Source: Verrucomicrobiota bacterium (GTDB lineage Bacteria > Verrucomicrobiota > Verrucomicrobiia > Limisphaerales > UBA11358). From it: DNA of 64,000 bases. The notes under the pieces are model-generated. The model ran no database searches and was not told where the DNA came from. It saw only the letters and a list, made by a program, of their open reading frames with translations. Shown here piece after piece: positions 9,333 through 18,026 of the stretch. Location of the stretch: assembly GCA_049516255.1 (NCBI GenBank), contig JBEKTH010000011.1, positions 10,348 through 74,347 of the forward strand, read 5' to 3'. The translations under genes were made by a program, and so were the position numbers. Every line of letters begins with the position of its first letter. The stretch's first letter is position 1.

Positions 9333-10928
9333 ATGAAACGATATTTACTGACCCTCGCTTTAATTACCACCACTGCATTCGGCGTCGCTTCACTGCGCGC
9401 GCAAACGAACACAATGGCATCCACCAACGCGCCGGTCGCGGCTTGGACGACCAATGCGCCAACGACCGAAGAGCGCCTGGAATCCGTCGAGGCGTATTTT
9501 CAGAACGGCGACCCAACCCTTCCTTACAAGGACACCAACGGCAACTGGACGGTGAATTTTGGGCTTGGTGCTTCCATCATCAACACCAACCTGATTAACA
9601 GCCAGGGCAACTATGTATCGTTCCCCGGCGCCGGTCACAACGCCTGGTTGCTGACCAGTACGGCGTTGGTGTTGTTTATGACGCTGCCCGGTCTGGCCCT
9701 GTTCTACGGCGGTCTCGTCCGCAAAAAGAACGTCCTGTCCGTGCTGGCCCAATGCTTCCTGATTACCGGTTTAACGACGATCCTGTGGATTATCTGCAGT
9801 TACGGGATGATCTTCGGCGGCGATGGCACCCCTACCGGCCCGTTGGGCATGACCCACGACTGGGTTAAAGGCATCGTCGGCAATCCCGGCGTTTGCTGGA
9901 TGTTCAAGGGCGTCACCTCGGCGCCGAATCCGGGTTACTCTTATTGGGTGTCGGAAAACGTCTATTCCATGTTTCAATTGATGTTCGCCATCATCACGCC
10001 GGCGCTGATCGTGGGTTCGATTGCAGAACGCATGAAATTCTCGGCCATCCTCGTTTTCATGACCCTGTGGATCCTGATTGTGTACAATGCGCAAGGTCAC
10101 ATGGTTTGGGGTGTCAACGGCATGATGAACGGCTGTTGGAACCCGGCCGCGACGATTAAAGGCCTGGACTTTGCCGGTGGTACGGTCGTGCACATGTCCT
10201 CCGGTTGGTCGGGTCTGGTGTTGTGCATCATCCTGGGCAAACGGCTTGGTTTCGGGAAGGAAAACTTCACCCCCCACAGCATCGTGTTGACTTACATTGG
10301 TGCTTCCATGTTGTGGGTCGGCTGGTACGGGTTCAATTCCGGCAGCGCGGTAGCGGGTGACGTGATTGCCGCCAATGCCTTCACCACCACCACGATTGCC
10401 ACGGCGATTGGTTCGTTCGTGTGGCCGATGTGGGAATGGGTTGTCAAAGGCAAGCCGAGCGTGCTTGGATTCTGCTCCGGCGCGGTGGCGGGCCTGGTGC
10501 TCATCACCCCTGCTTGCGGCTATGTACTGCCGTCAGGCGCCATCTGGATTGGCATTGCTGCCGGAACCATCCCTTGGTTCTTCTGCTACAAAGTCAAGGG
10601 TTGGCTGGGCATGGATGATGCGTTGGACGCCTGGAGCGTCCACGGCATCGGTGGTATGTGCGGTGCGATCATGACCGGCATGTTTGCCCGCCAGGCGGCC
10701 AATCCGAACCTGGCCACCAACCTGAGCAAAACCGTCACGGACCATATCTTCCAGCCGCAATTATGGGAGCAGATAAAAACCATCGGCGTATCGCTGGTGC
10801 TGTTCATTGTGGGCACGATTGTGATTGCCTACATCACCAAGATGCTGGTGGGCCTGCGGCCGACTGAGGAAGTCGAAATCGCCGGTCTCGACATCAACGA
10901 ACATGGTGAAGAGGGTTATCACTCGTAA
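9333..10928 (+). CDS. amtB: Ammonium transporter (Amt family) with long N-terminal secreted extension
   Basis: Amt signatures FAGGTVVHMSSG and AWSVHGIGGMCG. I set the start at the ATG at 9333 (MKRYLLTLAL signal-like sequence). Confidence 0.93.
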   Translation: MKRYLLTLALITTTAFGVASLRAQTNTMASTNAPVAAWTTNAPTTEERLESVEAYFQNGDPTLPYKDTNGNWTVNFGLGASIINTNLINSQGNYVSFPGAGHNAWLLTSTALVLFMTLPGLALFYGGLVRKKNVLSVLAQCFLITGLTTILWIICSYGMIFGGDGTPTGPLGMTHDWVKGIVGNPGVCWMFKGVTSAPNPGYSYWVSENVYSMFQLMFAIITPALIVGSIAERMKFSAILVFMTLWILIVYNAQGHMVWGVNGMMNGCWNPAATIKGLDFAGGTVVHMSSGWSGLVLCIILGKRLGFGKENFTPHSIVLTYIGASMLWVGWYGFNSGSAVAGDVIAANAFTTTTIATAIGSFVWPMWEWVVKGKPSVLGFCSGAVAGLVLITPACGYVLPSGAIWIGIAAGTIPWFFCYKVKGWLGMDDALDAWSVHGIGGMCGAIMTGMFARQAANPNLATNLSKTVTDHIFQPQLWEQIKTIGVSLVLFIVGTIVIAYITKMLVGLRPTEEVEIAGLDINEHGEEGYHS

Positions 10929-10946
10929 TTAAAAGAAGTCTCAACG

Positions 10947-10992
10947 CTGCGCCGGTTGCTGGCCAAAACCACAACCGGCGCAGTTTTTTTTC
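10947..10992 (+). terminator. Rho-independent terminator after amtB
   Basis: 12-bp stem ctgcgccggttg/caaccggcgcag followed by T8. Confidence 0.8.
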
Positions 10993-11049
10993 TCGAAACC
11001 AGGAGCCGGACGGGGGGTGATCCGGAAAGGTGGCCGTACAAGACTGAAT

Positions 11050-11898
11050 TTAGATCACCTGGACCACCAGGGCGGTCGTGTTGTCGCGGCCATCCTTGTT
11101 CAGTGATTCCTCCACCAGAAGATGCGCCAGATCAGGGACCATCCCGGCGGATTCATCCGGGCGCAATAATTCGACGAGATGCCGGTCGTACAATCCCTCC
11201 ACCAGTCCGTCCGAGCAAAGCAGAAAGGTGTCCCCGGCTTGATAAGCCACCGCGCCCACCTGCGGGTCCACGAACTGGTTGCCGCCGCCCAGGGCCTTTT
11301 GCAAGGCATTGCGCCGGGGATGAGTACGGGCTTCCCGCTCACTGATCTTGCCGTTCCGAAACAGCCAGCCAACATGCGTGTCATCGTGGCTGAGCTGCTG
11401 GATCCGGCTTTTCCGCGCCGGCAGATGATAAATCCGGCTATCGCCGACGTGGCTGAAATACATCCATCCCGGGGTGAACCAGCACAGGCTCAGAGTGGTT
11501 TCCATTCCTGAACATTCCTCGTAGCTGCCGCCGACGTATTGCAGCGCCCGGTGGATTTGATCAAACAATTCGAACAACACGTCCTCAAAACCGATTTCCA
11601 GGCCGGTCGCAGCTTGCTGGAACGACCGCGGCAGCAGGGTGGTGATTTTTTCGATTGCAATCTGGCTGGCGTGCTCGCCCGCCTTCGCCCCGCCCATGCC
11701 GTCGCTCACGGCAAAGGCAAAGTCCATGTCTGCCATCGAGGCCGTGCCGGTTTTTCCCAGACGATGTATTTCCTGCGCATCGAATCGCAATCCCAGAAAG
11801 GCGTCCTCGTTGTTGGGGCGGACCCTGCCGCGGTCCGTCCGTCCGGACCATTTCAGGGAGACGGGGGTGGTGATCGGGCGTATTTGATTGCGGTTCAT
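11050..11898 (-). CDS. PP2C-family Ser/Thr protein phosphatase
   Basis: 282 aa. RPNNEDAF, SDGMGG, GDSR, CSDGL and DNTT motifs in PP2C order. Confidence 0.9.
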   Translation of the reverse strand: MNRNQIRPITTPVSLKWSGRTDRGRVRPNNEDAFLGLRFDAQEIHRLGKTGTASMADMDFAFAVSDGMGGAKAGEHASQIAIEKITTLLPRSFQQAATGLEIGFEDVLFELFDQIHRALQYVGGSYEECSGMETTLSLCWFTPGWMYFSHVGDSRIYHLPARKSRIQQLSHDDTHVGWLFRNGKISEREARTHPRRNALQKALGGGNQFVDPQVGAVAYQAGDTFLLCSDGLVEGLYDRHLVELLRPDESAGMVPDLAHLLVEESLNKDGRDNTTALVVQVI

Positions 11899-12320
11899 GC
11901 CGGCGGCGTTGGCTCAAAACCCGGAAGGATGGCGGCCAGTTCAAAATCCACAATACAAAAGCGTCCGTCCGACTGGCGGTAGGTCACATTGCGAATGTCG
12001 GGATCATCATGCCGCACACCGAAGGGTTCCAGCTCGGCAAACAACTCCCGGATGCGCTCCGCGTCCAGATGTTCCACCCGGCTGCCGCAGTTGGTGGTGA
12101 CGATGCAGAGTTGCCCCGGATCGGTCTCGAGCAGCCGGGGTACGAACCCGCAGTGGCGGGCTTCGAGATGACGGAGAATCCGCACCTCGTTCGCGAACCG
12201 CGCCGGCGCGTCCGAACCATGATAAGCCTTGAGCACACGGCCGTCGAAGGCGAGATTCACGGTCGATCGCAGGGTGTCTTTGACTTGCAACATAGGGACT
12301 TCGTCATCAAGGTCCGGCAA
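11895..12320 (-). CDS. Minimal protein-kinase-like protein (141 aa, or 132 aa from the ATG at 12293)
   Basis: VLKAY (beta3 Lys), NEVRILRHL (alphaC Glu), HDDPDIRNV (HxDxxxxN catalytic loop) and IVDFELA (DFG-like). Its stop overlaps the PP2C start (ATGA). The ORF-track start is a TTG. The function is inferred. Confidence 0.5.
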   Translation of the reverse strand: MPDLDDEVPMLQVKDTLRSTVNLAFDGRVLKAYHGSDAPARFANEVRILRHLEARHCGFVPRLLETDPGQLCIVTTNCGSRVEHLDAERIRELFAELEPFGVRHDDPDIRNVTYRQSDGRFCIVDFELAAILPGFEPTPPA

Positions 12321-12611
12321 TTTTATATTTGCTGATTCCGACGTTACCGGGCCCGGCCAAATTGGTCGCCATTTTCCCTTTCGATTTCAAATATCGTCCA
12401 TTTTGTGCGGCTTGGGAAGTCGCTTCCCGCCGTTCCACTGCATCGGTTAAGACATCAAATTTCAACGGATAAATCAGCGCAGCGTGGATAAATAAATACA
12501 GCCGATTTTCAGTTTGGTTCCCGGGTCAAAAAATCGTCGAGCGCGAAAAAGTCGCGCGGATGCGGGCGATTACCGCCTTTTTTGAAGCCGGTCACGCAGG
12601 TTCCCACGAAA

Positions 12612-12628
12612 TGGTATTTGACCTGCTA
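12612..12628 (+). promoter_or_regulatory. Candidate sigma54 (-24/-12) promoter for glnII
   Basis: TGGTATttgacCTGCT, with GG/GC at canonical spacing. It lies about 87 nt upstream of the glnII ATG. Confidence 0.45.
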
Positions 12629-12714
12629 GTCGATGCGAAACCATCTCCAAGTTGGTAAGAAACTTGAAGATTTGACGTACCAAACCGAACAATAAAACAT
12701 TCTATATTCAATCC

Positions 12715-13755
12715 ATGGCAAAATATAAATTGGAATACCTGTGGCTCGACGGCTATGAACCCGTCGCCAACCTCCGTGGCAAAACCACCATCAAGGAATT
12801 TTCAAAGTTTCCCAAACTCGATGAGCTTCCCTGGTGGAACTTCGACGGCAGTTCGACGCGCCAGGCCGAGGGCCGCACCTCGGATTGCATGCTCAAGCCC
12901 GTGGCCGTCTATCCCGACACCACCAAAAAGAACGGCGCCATCGTCATGTGCGAGGTCTTCATGCCCGACAAAACGACCCCGCACCCGACCAACGCCCGCG
13001 CCACGATTCCCGATGACCCCGGCGCCTGGTTCGGGTTCGAGCAGGAATACTTTCTCTACAAGGACGGCGTGCCGCTCGGTTTCCCGCCCGGTGGCGGCTT
13101 TCCGCCGCCGCAGGGCGAATATTACACCGCCGTCGGCTACAAGAACGTCGGCTGCATCGCGCGCGAGATTGTGGACACGCACCTCGACCTCTGCCTCGAC
13201 GCCGGCATCAACCACGAAGGCATCAATTCCGAAGTCGCCAAGGGTCAGTGGGAATTCCAGATCTTCGGCAAAGGCTCCCGGAACGCCGCCGACCAGATGT
13301 GGGTGGCCCGCTACCTCCTCATGCGCCTCTGCGAAAAATACGGCGTGGACGTGAACTGGTATTGCAAACCGCTCGGCAAGGATGTGGACTGGAACGGTTC
13401 GGGCATGCACACGAACTTCTCCACTGAACACATGCGCGAAGTGGGCGGCAAGGAATATTTCGAGAAACTCATGGCGGCGTTCGACAAATACAAGAACGAG
13501 CACATTGCCGTTTACGGCCCGGACAATCATCTGCGCCTGACCGGGCTGCACGAGACGCAGTCCATTGACAAGTTCAATTACGGCGTGGGCAATCGTGGCG
13601 CCTCCGTCCGCCTGCCGCAAACCTTCATTCCCAGCGGCTACCGCGGTTATCTGGAAGACCGCCGTCCGAACTCCCAGGGCGACCCCTATAAAATCGCCGG
13701 TCGCATCCTCCAGACCATTGCCACGGTGCCAACCAAGAAAGCGGCGAAGAAGTAA
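12715..13755 (+). CDS. glnII: Glutamine synthetase type II (eukaryote-like)
   Basis: 346 aa. MAKYKLEYLWLDG N-terminus, FGFEQEYF, WEFQI and NGSGMHTNFS motifs of GSII. Confidence 0.9.
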   Translation: MAKYKLEYLWLDGYEPVANLRGKTTIKEFSKFPKLDELPWWNFDGSSTRQAEGRTSDCMLKPVAVYPDTTKKNGAIVMCEVFMPDKTTPHPTNARATIPDDPGAWFGFEQEYFLYKDGVPLGFPPGGGFPPPQGEYYTAVGYKNVGCIAREIVDTHLDLCLDAGINHEGINSEVAKGQWEFQIFGKGSRNAADQMWVARYLLMRLCEKYGVDVNWYCKPLGKDVDWNGSGMHTNFSTEHMREVGGKEYFEKLMAAFDKYKNEHIAVYGPDNHLRLTGLHETQSIDKFNYGVGNRGASVRLPQTFIPSGYRGYLEDRRPNSQGDPYKIAGRILQTIATVPTKKAAKK

Positions 13756-13788
13756 TTTTCGAGACCACCAGCCGGGAGGAACTGGGGA

Positions 13789-13824
13789 AAACGGCGCGGG
13801 CAAAGGCCCGTGCCGTTTTTTGTT
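13789..13824 (+). terminator. Rho-independent terminator after glnII
   Basis: Stem acggcgcgggc / gcccgtgccgt followed by T6. Confidence 0.7.
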
Positions 13825-13983
13825 TACGCGAATGCAACCCACGGGCGGGGTGGTTGAAATTGTGAATAAATCGGGCCAAAAAAATGTGGACGCTGCACTG
13901 ATTGGTGGCAGAATCCGACAACGACGCAGCGGTCAATTTCGTTGGCGCCAAACAACCGGAAACAAAAATCTACACATTAAACT

Positions 13984-15396
13984 ATGGCAACTCCCAAGAG
14001 CGTAATTGAACTCGCAAAAAAGGCGGGTGCGAAGATGATGGACATCAAGTTCGTCGACACTTTCGGCACCTGGCAACATTTCAGCTGTCCCGTCAGCGAA
14101 CTGACCGAGGACATTTTCACCGAAGGCCTTGGCTTTGACGGTTCCTCCATTCGCGGCTGGAAAAGTATTGAAGCCTCCGACATGCTGGCCATGCCCGATC
14201 CCGAAACCGCGTTCATTGATCCTTTTTGTGCGGTCCCGACCTTGAGCCTTACCTGCACCATTTCCGAGACCGGCACGTTGGAACCTTACAGCCGCGACCC
14301 GCGCGGCATCGCGCAAAAGGCGGAAAAACATCTCATCTCCACCGGCCTGGCCGACCAGGCGTTCTTTGGCCCGGAAGCCGAATTTTTCATCTTCGACAAC
14401 GTCCAGTTCGACTCCAGGAGCAACGGCACGTTCTATTCCGTTGATTCCGAAGAAGCCGTTTGGAACACGGGCCGCGATGAAATACCCAACCTCGGCTACA
14501 AAATCCGCCACAAGGAAGGTTATTTCCCGGTCGCGCCCGCCGACACCCAGCAGGACATTCGCACCGAAATGTGCCTGGTGATGGAGGAACTGGGCGTCAA
14601 AATCGAACGCCAGCACCACGAAGTCGCCACCGCCGGCCAGGCGGAGATTGATTACCGCTTCAGCACACTGGTAACGGCCGCCGACTGGATGATGATTTAT
14701 AAATATGTCGTCAAAAACATCGCCCGCAAACACGGCAAGACCGCCTGTTTCATGCCCAAGCCGCTCTTTGGCGACAATGGCTCCGGCATGCACACCCATC
14801 AATCGTTGTGGAAAAAGGGCAAGCCGCTCTTCGCCGGCAAGGAATATGGTGGCTTGAGTGAAATGGCCCTCTATTATGCCGGCGGTTTGCTGAAGCACGC
14901 CAAGGCCCTGTGCGCCATCTGTAACCCGACCACGAACAGCTACAAGCGCCTCGTACCCGGTTACGAAGCGCCGGTCAACCTCGCTTACAGCGCGCGCAAC
15001 CGCAGCGCCGCCGTTCGCATCCCGACCTACAGCGAGAATCCCAAGGCCAAACGCCTCGAATATCGTCCGCCGGACCCGGCGGCGAATCCGTATCTCGCCT
15101 TCGCCGCGCTGCTCATGGCCGGGCTCGACGGCATCCAGAACAAAATAAAACCCGGCGCGCCGCTGGACAAAAACATCTACGAACTGCCGCCCGAAGAATT
15201 GAAGAAGGTTCCGAATGTGGCTGGCAGCCTCAGCGAAGCGCTGGATTGCCTGGCGAAGGACCATGCGTTCCTGCTCAAAGGCGACGTCTTCACCGAAGAC
15301 TTCATTGACATGTGGATCAGCAGCAAGCGCAAGGAACACGACGCCATCCGCCTGCGCCCGCATCCGTACGAATTCTTCCTTTACTACGACGTGTAA
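13984..15396 (+). CDS. glnA: Glutamine synthetase type I
   Basis: 470 aa. [44 protein letters not shown] and the RIP region are present. Confidence 0.95.
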   Translation: MATPKSVIELAKKAGAKMMDIKFVDTFGTWQHFSCPVSELTEDIFTEGLGFDGSSIRGWKSIEASDMLAMPDPETAFIDPFCAVPTLSLTCTISETGTLEPYSRDPRGIAQKAEKHLISTGLADQAFFGPEAEFFIFDNVQFDSRSNGTFYSVDSEEAVWNTGRDEIPNLGYKIRHKEGYFPVAPADTQQDIRTEMCLVMEELGVKIERQHHEVATAGQAEIDYRFSTLVTAADWMMIYKYVVKNIARKHGKTACFMPKPLFGDNGSGMHTHQSLWKKGKPLFAGKEYGGLSEMALYYAGGLLKHAKALCAICNPTTNSYKRLVPGYEAPVNLAYSARNRSAAVRIPTYSENPKAKRLEYRPPDPAANPYLAFAALLMAGLDGIQNKIKPGAPLDKNIYELPPEELKKVPNVAGSLSEALDCLAKDHAFLLKGDVFTEDFIDMWISSKRKEHDAIRLRPHPYEFFLYYDV

Positions 15397-15425
15397 AGCG
15401 CGCTCCGGAGGAAACGGGGAGCAAC

Positions 15426-15457
15426 GGCGCGGACAAAAGTCCGCGCCATTTTGTTTA
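15426..15457 (+). terminator. Rho-independent terminator after glnA
   Basis: Stem ggcgcggac-aaaa-gtccgcgcc followed by attttgttt. It is nested inside an outer inverted repeat gcgctccgga/tccggagcg. Confidence 0.75.
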
Positions 15458-15594
15458 TGTTCCGTTCCGGAGCGTGAGCGCCGTCTCGGCCTTGGTGGGG
15501 AGGTGCTTGGCAATTTACCGACACGGTGCTAGGCGTACCGCTTCATTACCAGAATGGATTTGCGATTATGGGATTCATTGGTTATCTTTAAAGG

Positions 15595-15771
15595 ATGACA
15601 GAAGTTCAGCAGAAACGACTGAAACGGATCATGAAGGACGCCCTCCGGATTCAAGACCGTTTTGCTGCGGAACCCGTTCTGGCGCGGACGGGAAAGGGAT
15701 ACCTCAAAAGCGACGGCGTCATAACCCTGCAACGGATCAAGGCCGGCTTAAGGAAATCCGCGGCTCATTGA
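15595..15771 (+). CDS. Small hypothetical protein (58 aa, below the ORF-track cutoff)
   Basis: I translated it by hand as MTEVQQKRLKRIMKDALRIQDRF...RKSAAH. It ends 15 nt before the next ORF, and aagg lies just 5' of the ATG. Coding status is uncertain. Confidence 0.3.
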   Translation: MTEVQQKRLKRIMKDALRIQDRFAAEPVLARTGKGYLKSDGVITLQRIKAGLRKSAAH

Positions 15772-15786
15772 AGCAGCCGATTTCCT

Positions 15787-16185
15787 ATGTCGCGCCTTGT
15801 CAAACCTTGGCTCGCCGCTTTCGACTGGGAAATTGTCACCGAAATCAATCGCGGACTTTGCAAGCAGAAGAACGCTCTCCACAAGCCCACCTCCGATGGG
15901 CATTTGCCCGCCAAAACTCTGTGGGAGAAAAACCAATCCAAGGAACTGGCTCTGACTGAAGCGCTCGAAATCTGCCTGCAATGTCATCGCCTTGCGCCTT
16001 TCTGCTTTTACAACGGAAACACTTTTGCCGCCATTGCGCGCGATTTTATCACAGAATTGTCGCCGAAACTGGCCGCCGACAAAGCCCACATCTTGCGCAG
16101 CATCGCCGGCCACATCGTCGCCGGGACCGCCACTGACATCGAACGGAAACAATTGGATTACCTCCTGGCTGGTCTCGAAAAATAG
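15787..16185 (+). CDS. Hypothetical protein (132 aa)
   Basis: ORF in a visibly lower-G+C stretch with no confident family call. It holds a weak Fic/Doc-like string, PFCFYNGNTFAAIAR. Confidence 0.45.
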   Translation: MSRLVKPWLAAFDWEIVTEINRGLCKQKNALHKPTSDGHLPAKTLWEKNQSKELALTEALEICLQCHRLAPFCFYNGNTFAAIARDFITELSPKLAADKAHILRSIAGHIVAGTATDIERKQLDYLLAGLEK

Positions 16186-16230
16186 CTGTTCTTGTTTTAA
16201 AAATAGTCGCGCGAAGGACGCGAAGAGAAT

Positions 16231-16776
16231 TTACAGCCTGTCAGCGTCTTGTTGGGCATGAGGCCCCATATGCAATAGATCTATGAAGTCGCCCCCCGCT
16301 GCGCTCGGAACAAGGAAGTCACCTTTGAGAAACGACGTCACGATATCTTTGAGCCAGATGATTTTTATGCCGTGCCCTTCGATTAGATTAACCTCGTGCT
16401 GAGACTTGACTACGTTCAAGACCAGTTCCGACGACCAAGCCCCTTTCCAAAGTGACCGCATCAATTCCAGTTTCTTTGGATGATGAAATTTCTTGTTGAT
16501 CCACTCAGTGACGCCGTCAACGAGCTCGGTGTCAGAACGCTTTGCACTATTTGCAGCGCGTCCACCTTTTTGGAGTTCTTTCGGGACTCGCGATATGTAA
16601 CTAACCGGTCGCATGGAGGCTTGCACCTCAAGGTGTCGGCATTCGGTGGTGCCATTCGGTTGAGATTTTATTGCCAACAAGTCAATTTCATGAACGCCGA
16701 GTTTTATCCCGCGGATTGTGAAATAGCCTTTCCGGTTTAGCCATTCCTCAACGATCTCTTCAGCAAGAATTGACAT
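16231..16776 (-). CDS. PD-(D/E)xK nuclease-fold-like hypothetical protein (181 aa)
   Basis: The N-terminus EEIVEEWLNRKGY...HEIDLLAIK...RHLEVQAS resembles the E..D..E-x-K/Q core of YraN/restriction-endonuclease-like proteins. It lies in the lower-G+C region. Confidence 0.5.
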   Translation of the reverse strand: MSILAEEIVEEWLNRKGYFTIRGIKLGVHEIDLLAIKSQPNGTTECRHLEVQASMRPVSYISRVPKELQKGGRAANSAKRSDTELVDGVTEWINKKFHHPKKLELMRSLWKGAWSSELVLNVVKSQHEVNLIEGHGIKIIWLKDIVTSFLKGDFLVPSAAGGDFIDLLHMGPHAQQDADRL

Positions 16777-16794
16777 ATGTTTTCCTCATTTCTA

Positions 16795-16905
16795 GCCCCG
16801 TCGGGGCGGCATATTCCATTTATCCGCCCGACGATGTCGCTCCTAACGGAGCTTTGCCGTTTTGAAATTGCCAATATACAAAGATTCCAGCCCTATGGGC
16901 TTTGA
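16795..16905. repeat. Possible MITE/REP-like element (single copy in window)
   Basis: Holds the hairpin gccccgtcggggc and the segment gtcgctcctaacggagc. It reads as SPVGAAYS...VAPNGA in one frame. There is only one copy in the window, so repeat status is inferred. Confidence 0.3.
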
Positions 16906-16907
16906 AA

Positions 16908-16946
16908 AATCTGTGCTCAATCTGTGTTTCATCTGTGGCTAGAAAA
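16908..16946. repeat. ATCTGTG-type tandem repeat (period 11), copy A
   Basis: atctgtgctca atctgtgtttc atctgtggcta, immediately 3' of hemC. Confidence 0.8.
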
Positions 16947-16948
16947 AC

Positions 16949-17971
16949 CTATTTCAACTGCGCCGCCAGTTCCTCACCCAGCGCTGCCGCCTCAGCAATC
17001 GCGCGCTTCCCTTCGCTGTGTTTCGCCGGCCCGTGGTGGAACGAAACCGCGCGCATTTCCACCCGGCTGCCGTTGATTTCAGCGTAGGCGGCCACCGGAC
17101 TCTGGCAGCCGCCGCCCATCGCGCGCAAGAATGCCCGTTCCGCCGTCACGCAATGAAATGTGTTGAAATGATTCAGCCGCTCGCAAATTTTGGCGATGCG
17201 CTCGTCGTCTGCGCGAATCTCAATGCCGATCGCTCCTTGTCCGACACACGGCAACATCACGTCCACGTCCAGAACCGTCGCCAGCAGACCGTCCGGCACC
17301 GCGTCGCCGATGAGCCGTCCGTCCCGTTTGATTTCGAAATTCAACCGCGTGATGCCCGCCAGCGCGAGCACGGTCGCGTCCAGTTCACCACGCTCGGCGA
17401 CCTTCTGCATGCGGGTGGAAACGTTGCCGCGGATTTCCACGACATTTAAATCCGGCCGGGCGGCGAGTAATTGTTCCTTGCGCCGCGTGCTGCTGGTGGC
17501 GATGGTCGCCTTGGCCGGGAAATCCTTCAGTTTCAAGTGCGGCCGGAAACCGCGCAATGCGTCCTGGCCCGGCGCCCAGTCGGCCGAGGCCGTGTCGGTG
17601 GCGCGGCTCTTGATGAATTCGGCATCGCGATAGATCAACACGTCGCGCACGTCGGCGCGCTTGGGGGTGGCGGCGAGCACGAGACCGGCGGGCAGATCGG
17701 TCGGCAAATCCTTCAGGCTGTGCACGGCGAGGTCGGCCTGGCCCTTGACCAGCGCGACTTCAAGTTCCTTGGTAAACAAACCTTTGGGCAGGGCCTCACC
17801 CTTTTTCGCCATCGAGGCGGTCTGCATTTTGTCGCCGGTGGTCTTGATGATTTTTAGTTCGAAGCGCAGCCGGGGAAACGTTTCGCGGCATTGTGCGGCC
17901 ATCAGGTTGGCCTGCGCGAGCGCGAGCGCGCTGCCGCGCGTGGCGATGATGATGGGGCGTTCAACAGCCAT
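16949..17971 (-). CDS. hemC: Hydroxymethylbilane synthase (porphobilinogen deaminase)
   Basis: 340 aa. IIIATRGSALALAQ, LKDLPT and the CQGAIGIE-like (CVGQGAIGIE) region are present. Confidence 0.95.
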   Translation of the reverse strand: MAVERPIIIATRGSALALAQANLMAAQCRETFPRLRFELKIIKTTGDKMQTASMAKKGEALPKGLFTKELEVALVKGQADLAVHSLKDLPTDLPAGLVLAATPKRADVRDVLIYRDAEFIKSRATDTASADWAPGQDALRGFRPHLKLKDFPAKATIATSSTRRKEQLLAARPDLNVVEIRGNVSTRMQKVAERGELDATVLALAGITRLNFEIKRDGRLIGDAVPDGLLATVLDVDVMLPCVGQGAIGIEIRADDERIAKICERLNHFNTFHCVTAERAFLRAMGGGCQSPVAAYAEINGSRVEMRAVSFHHGPAKHSEGKRAIAEAAALGEELAAQLK

Positions 17972-18012
17972 TTTCTAGCCACAGATGAACACAGATAAAC
18001 TCAGATGAAAAG
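17971..18012. repeat. ATCTGTG-type tandem repeat (period 10), copy B, inverted relative to A and C
   Basis: ttttctagccacagatgaacacagataaactcagatgaaaag is the reverse complement of catctgagtttatctgtgttcatctgtggctagaaaa. Confidence 0.8.
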
Positions 18013-18026
18013 AACAACAAATTCCG

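Noticed and set aside
13843-13983. Sigma54 promoter or glutamine-riboswitch-like element upstream of glnA.
   Set aside because: No GG-N10-GC match with flanking consensus and no recognisable conserved structure was found by eye.
15787-16185. Fic/Doc toxin call for the 132-aa ORF, based on PFCFYNGNTFAAIAR resembling HPFxxGNGRxxR.
   Set aside because: The catalytic His and the Arg positions are not preserved and the spacing is off by residues in the best alignment. It is kept only as a weak note in the feature, not as a call.
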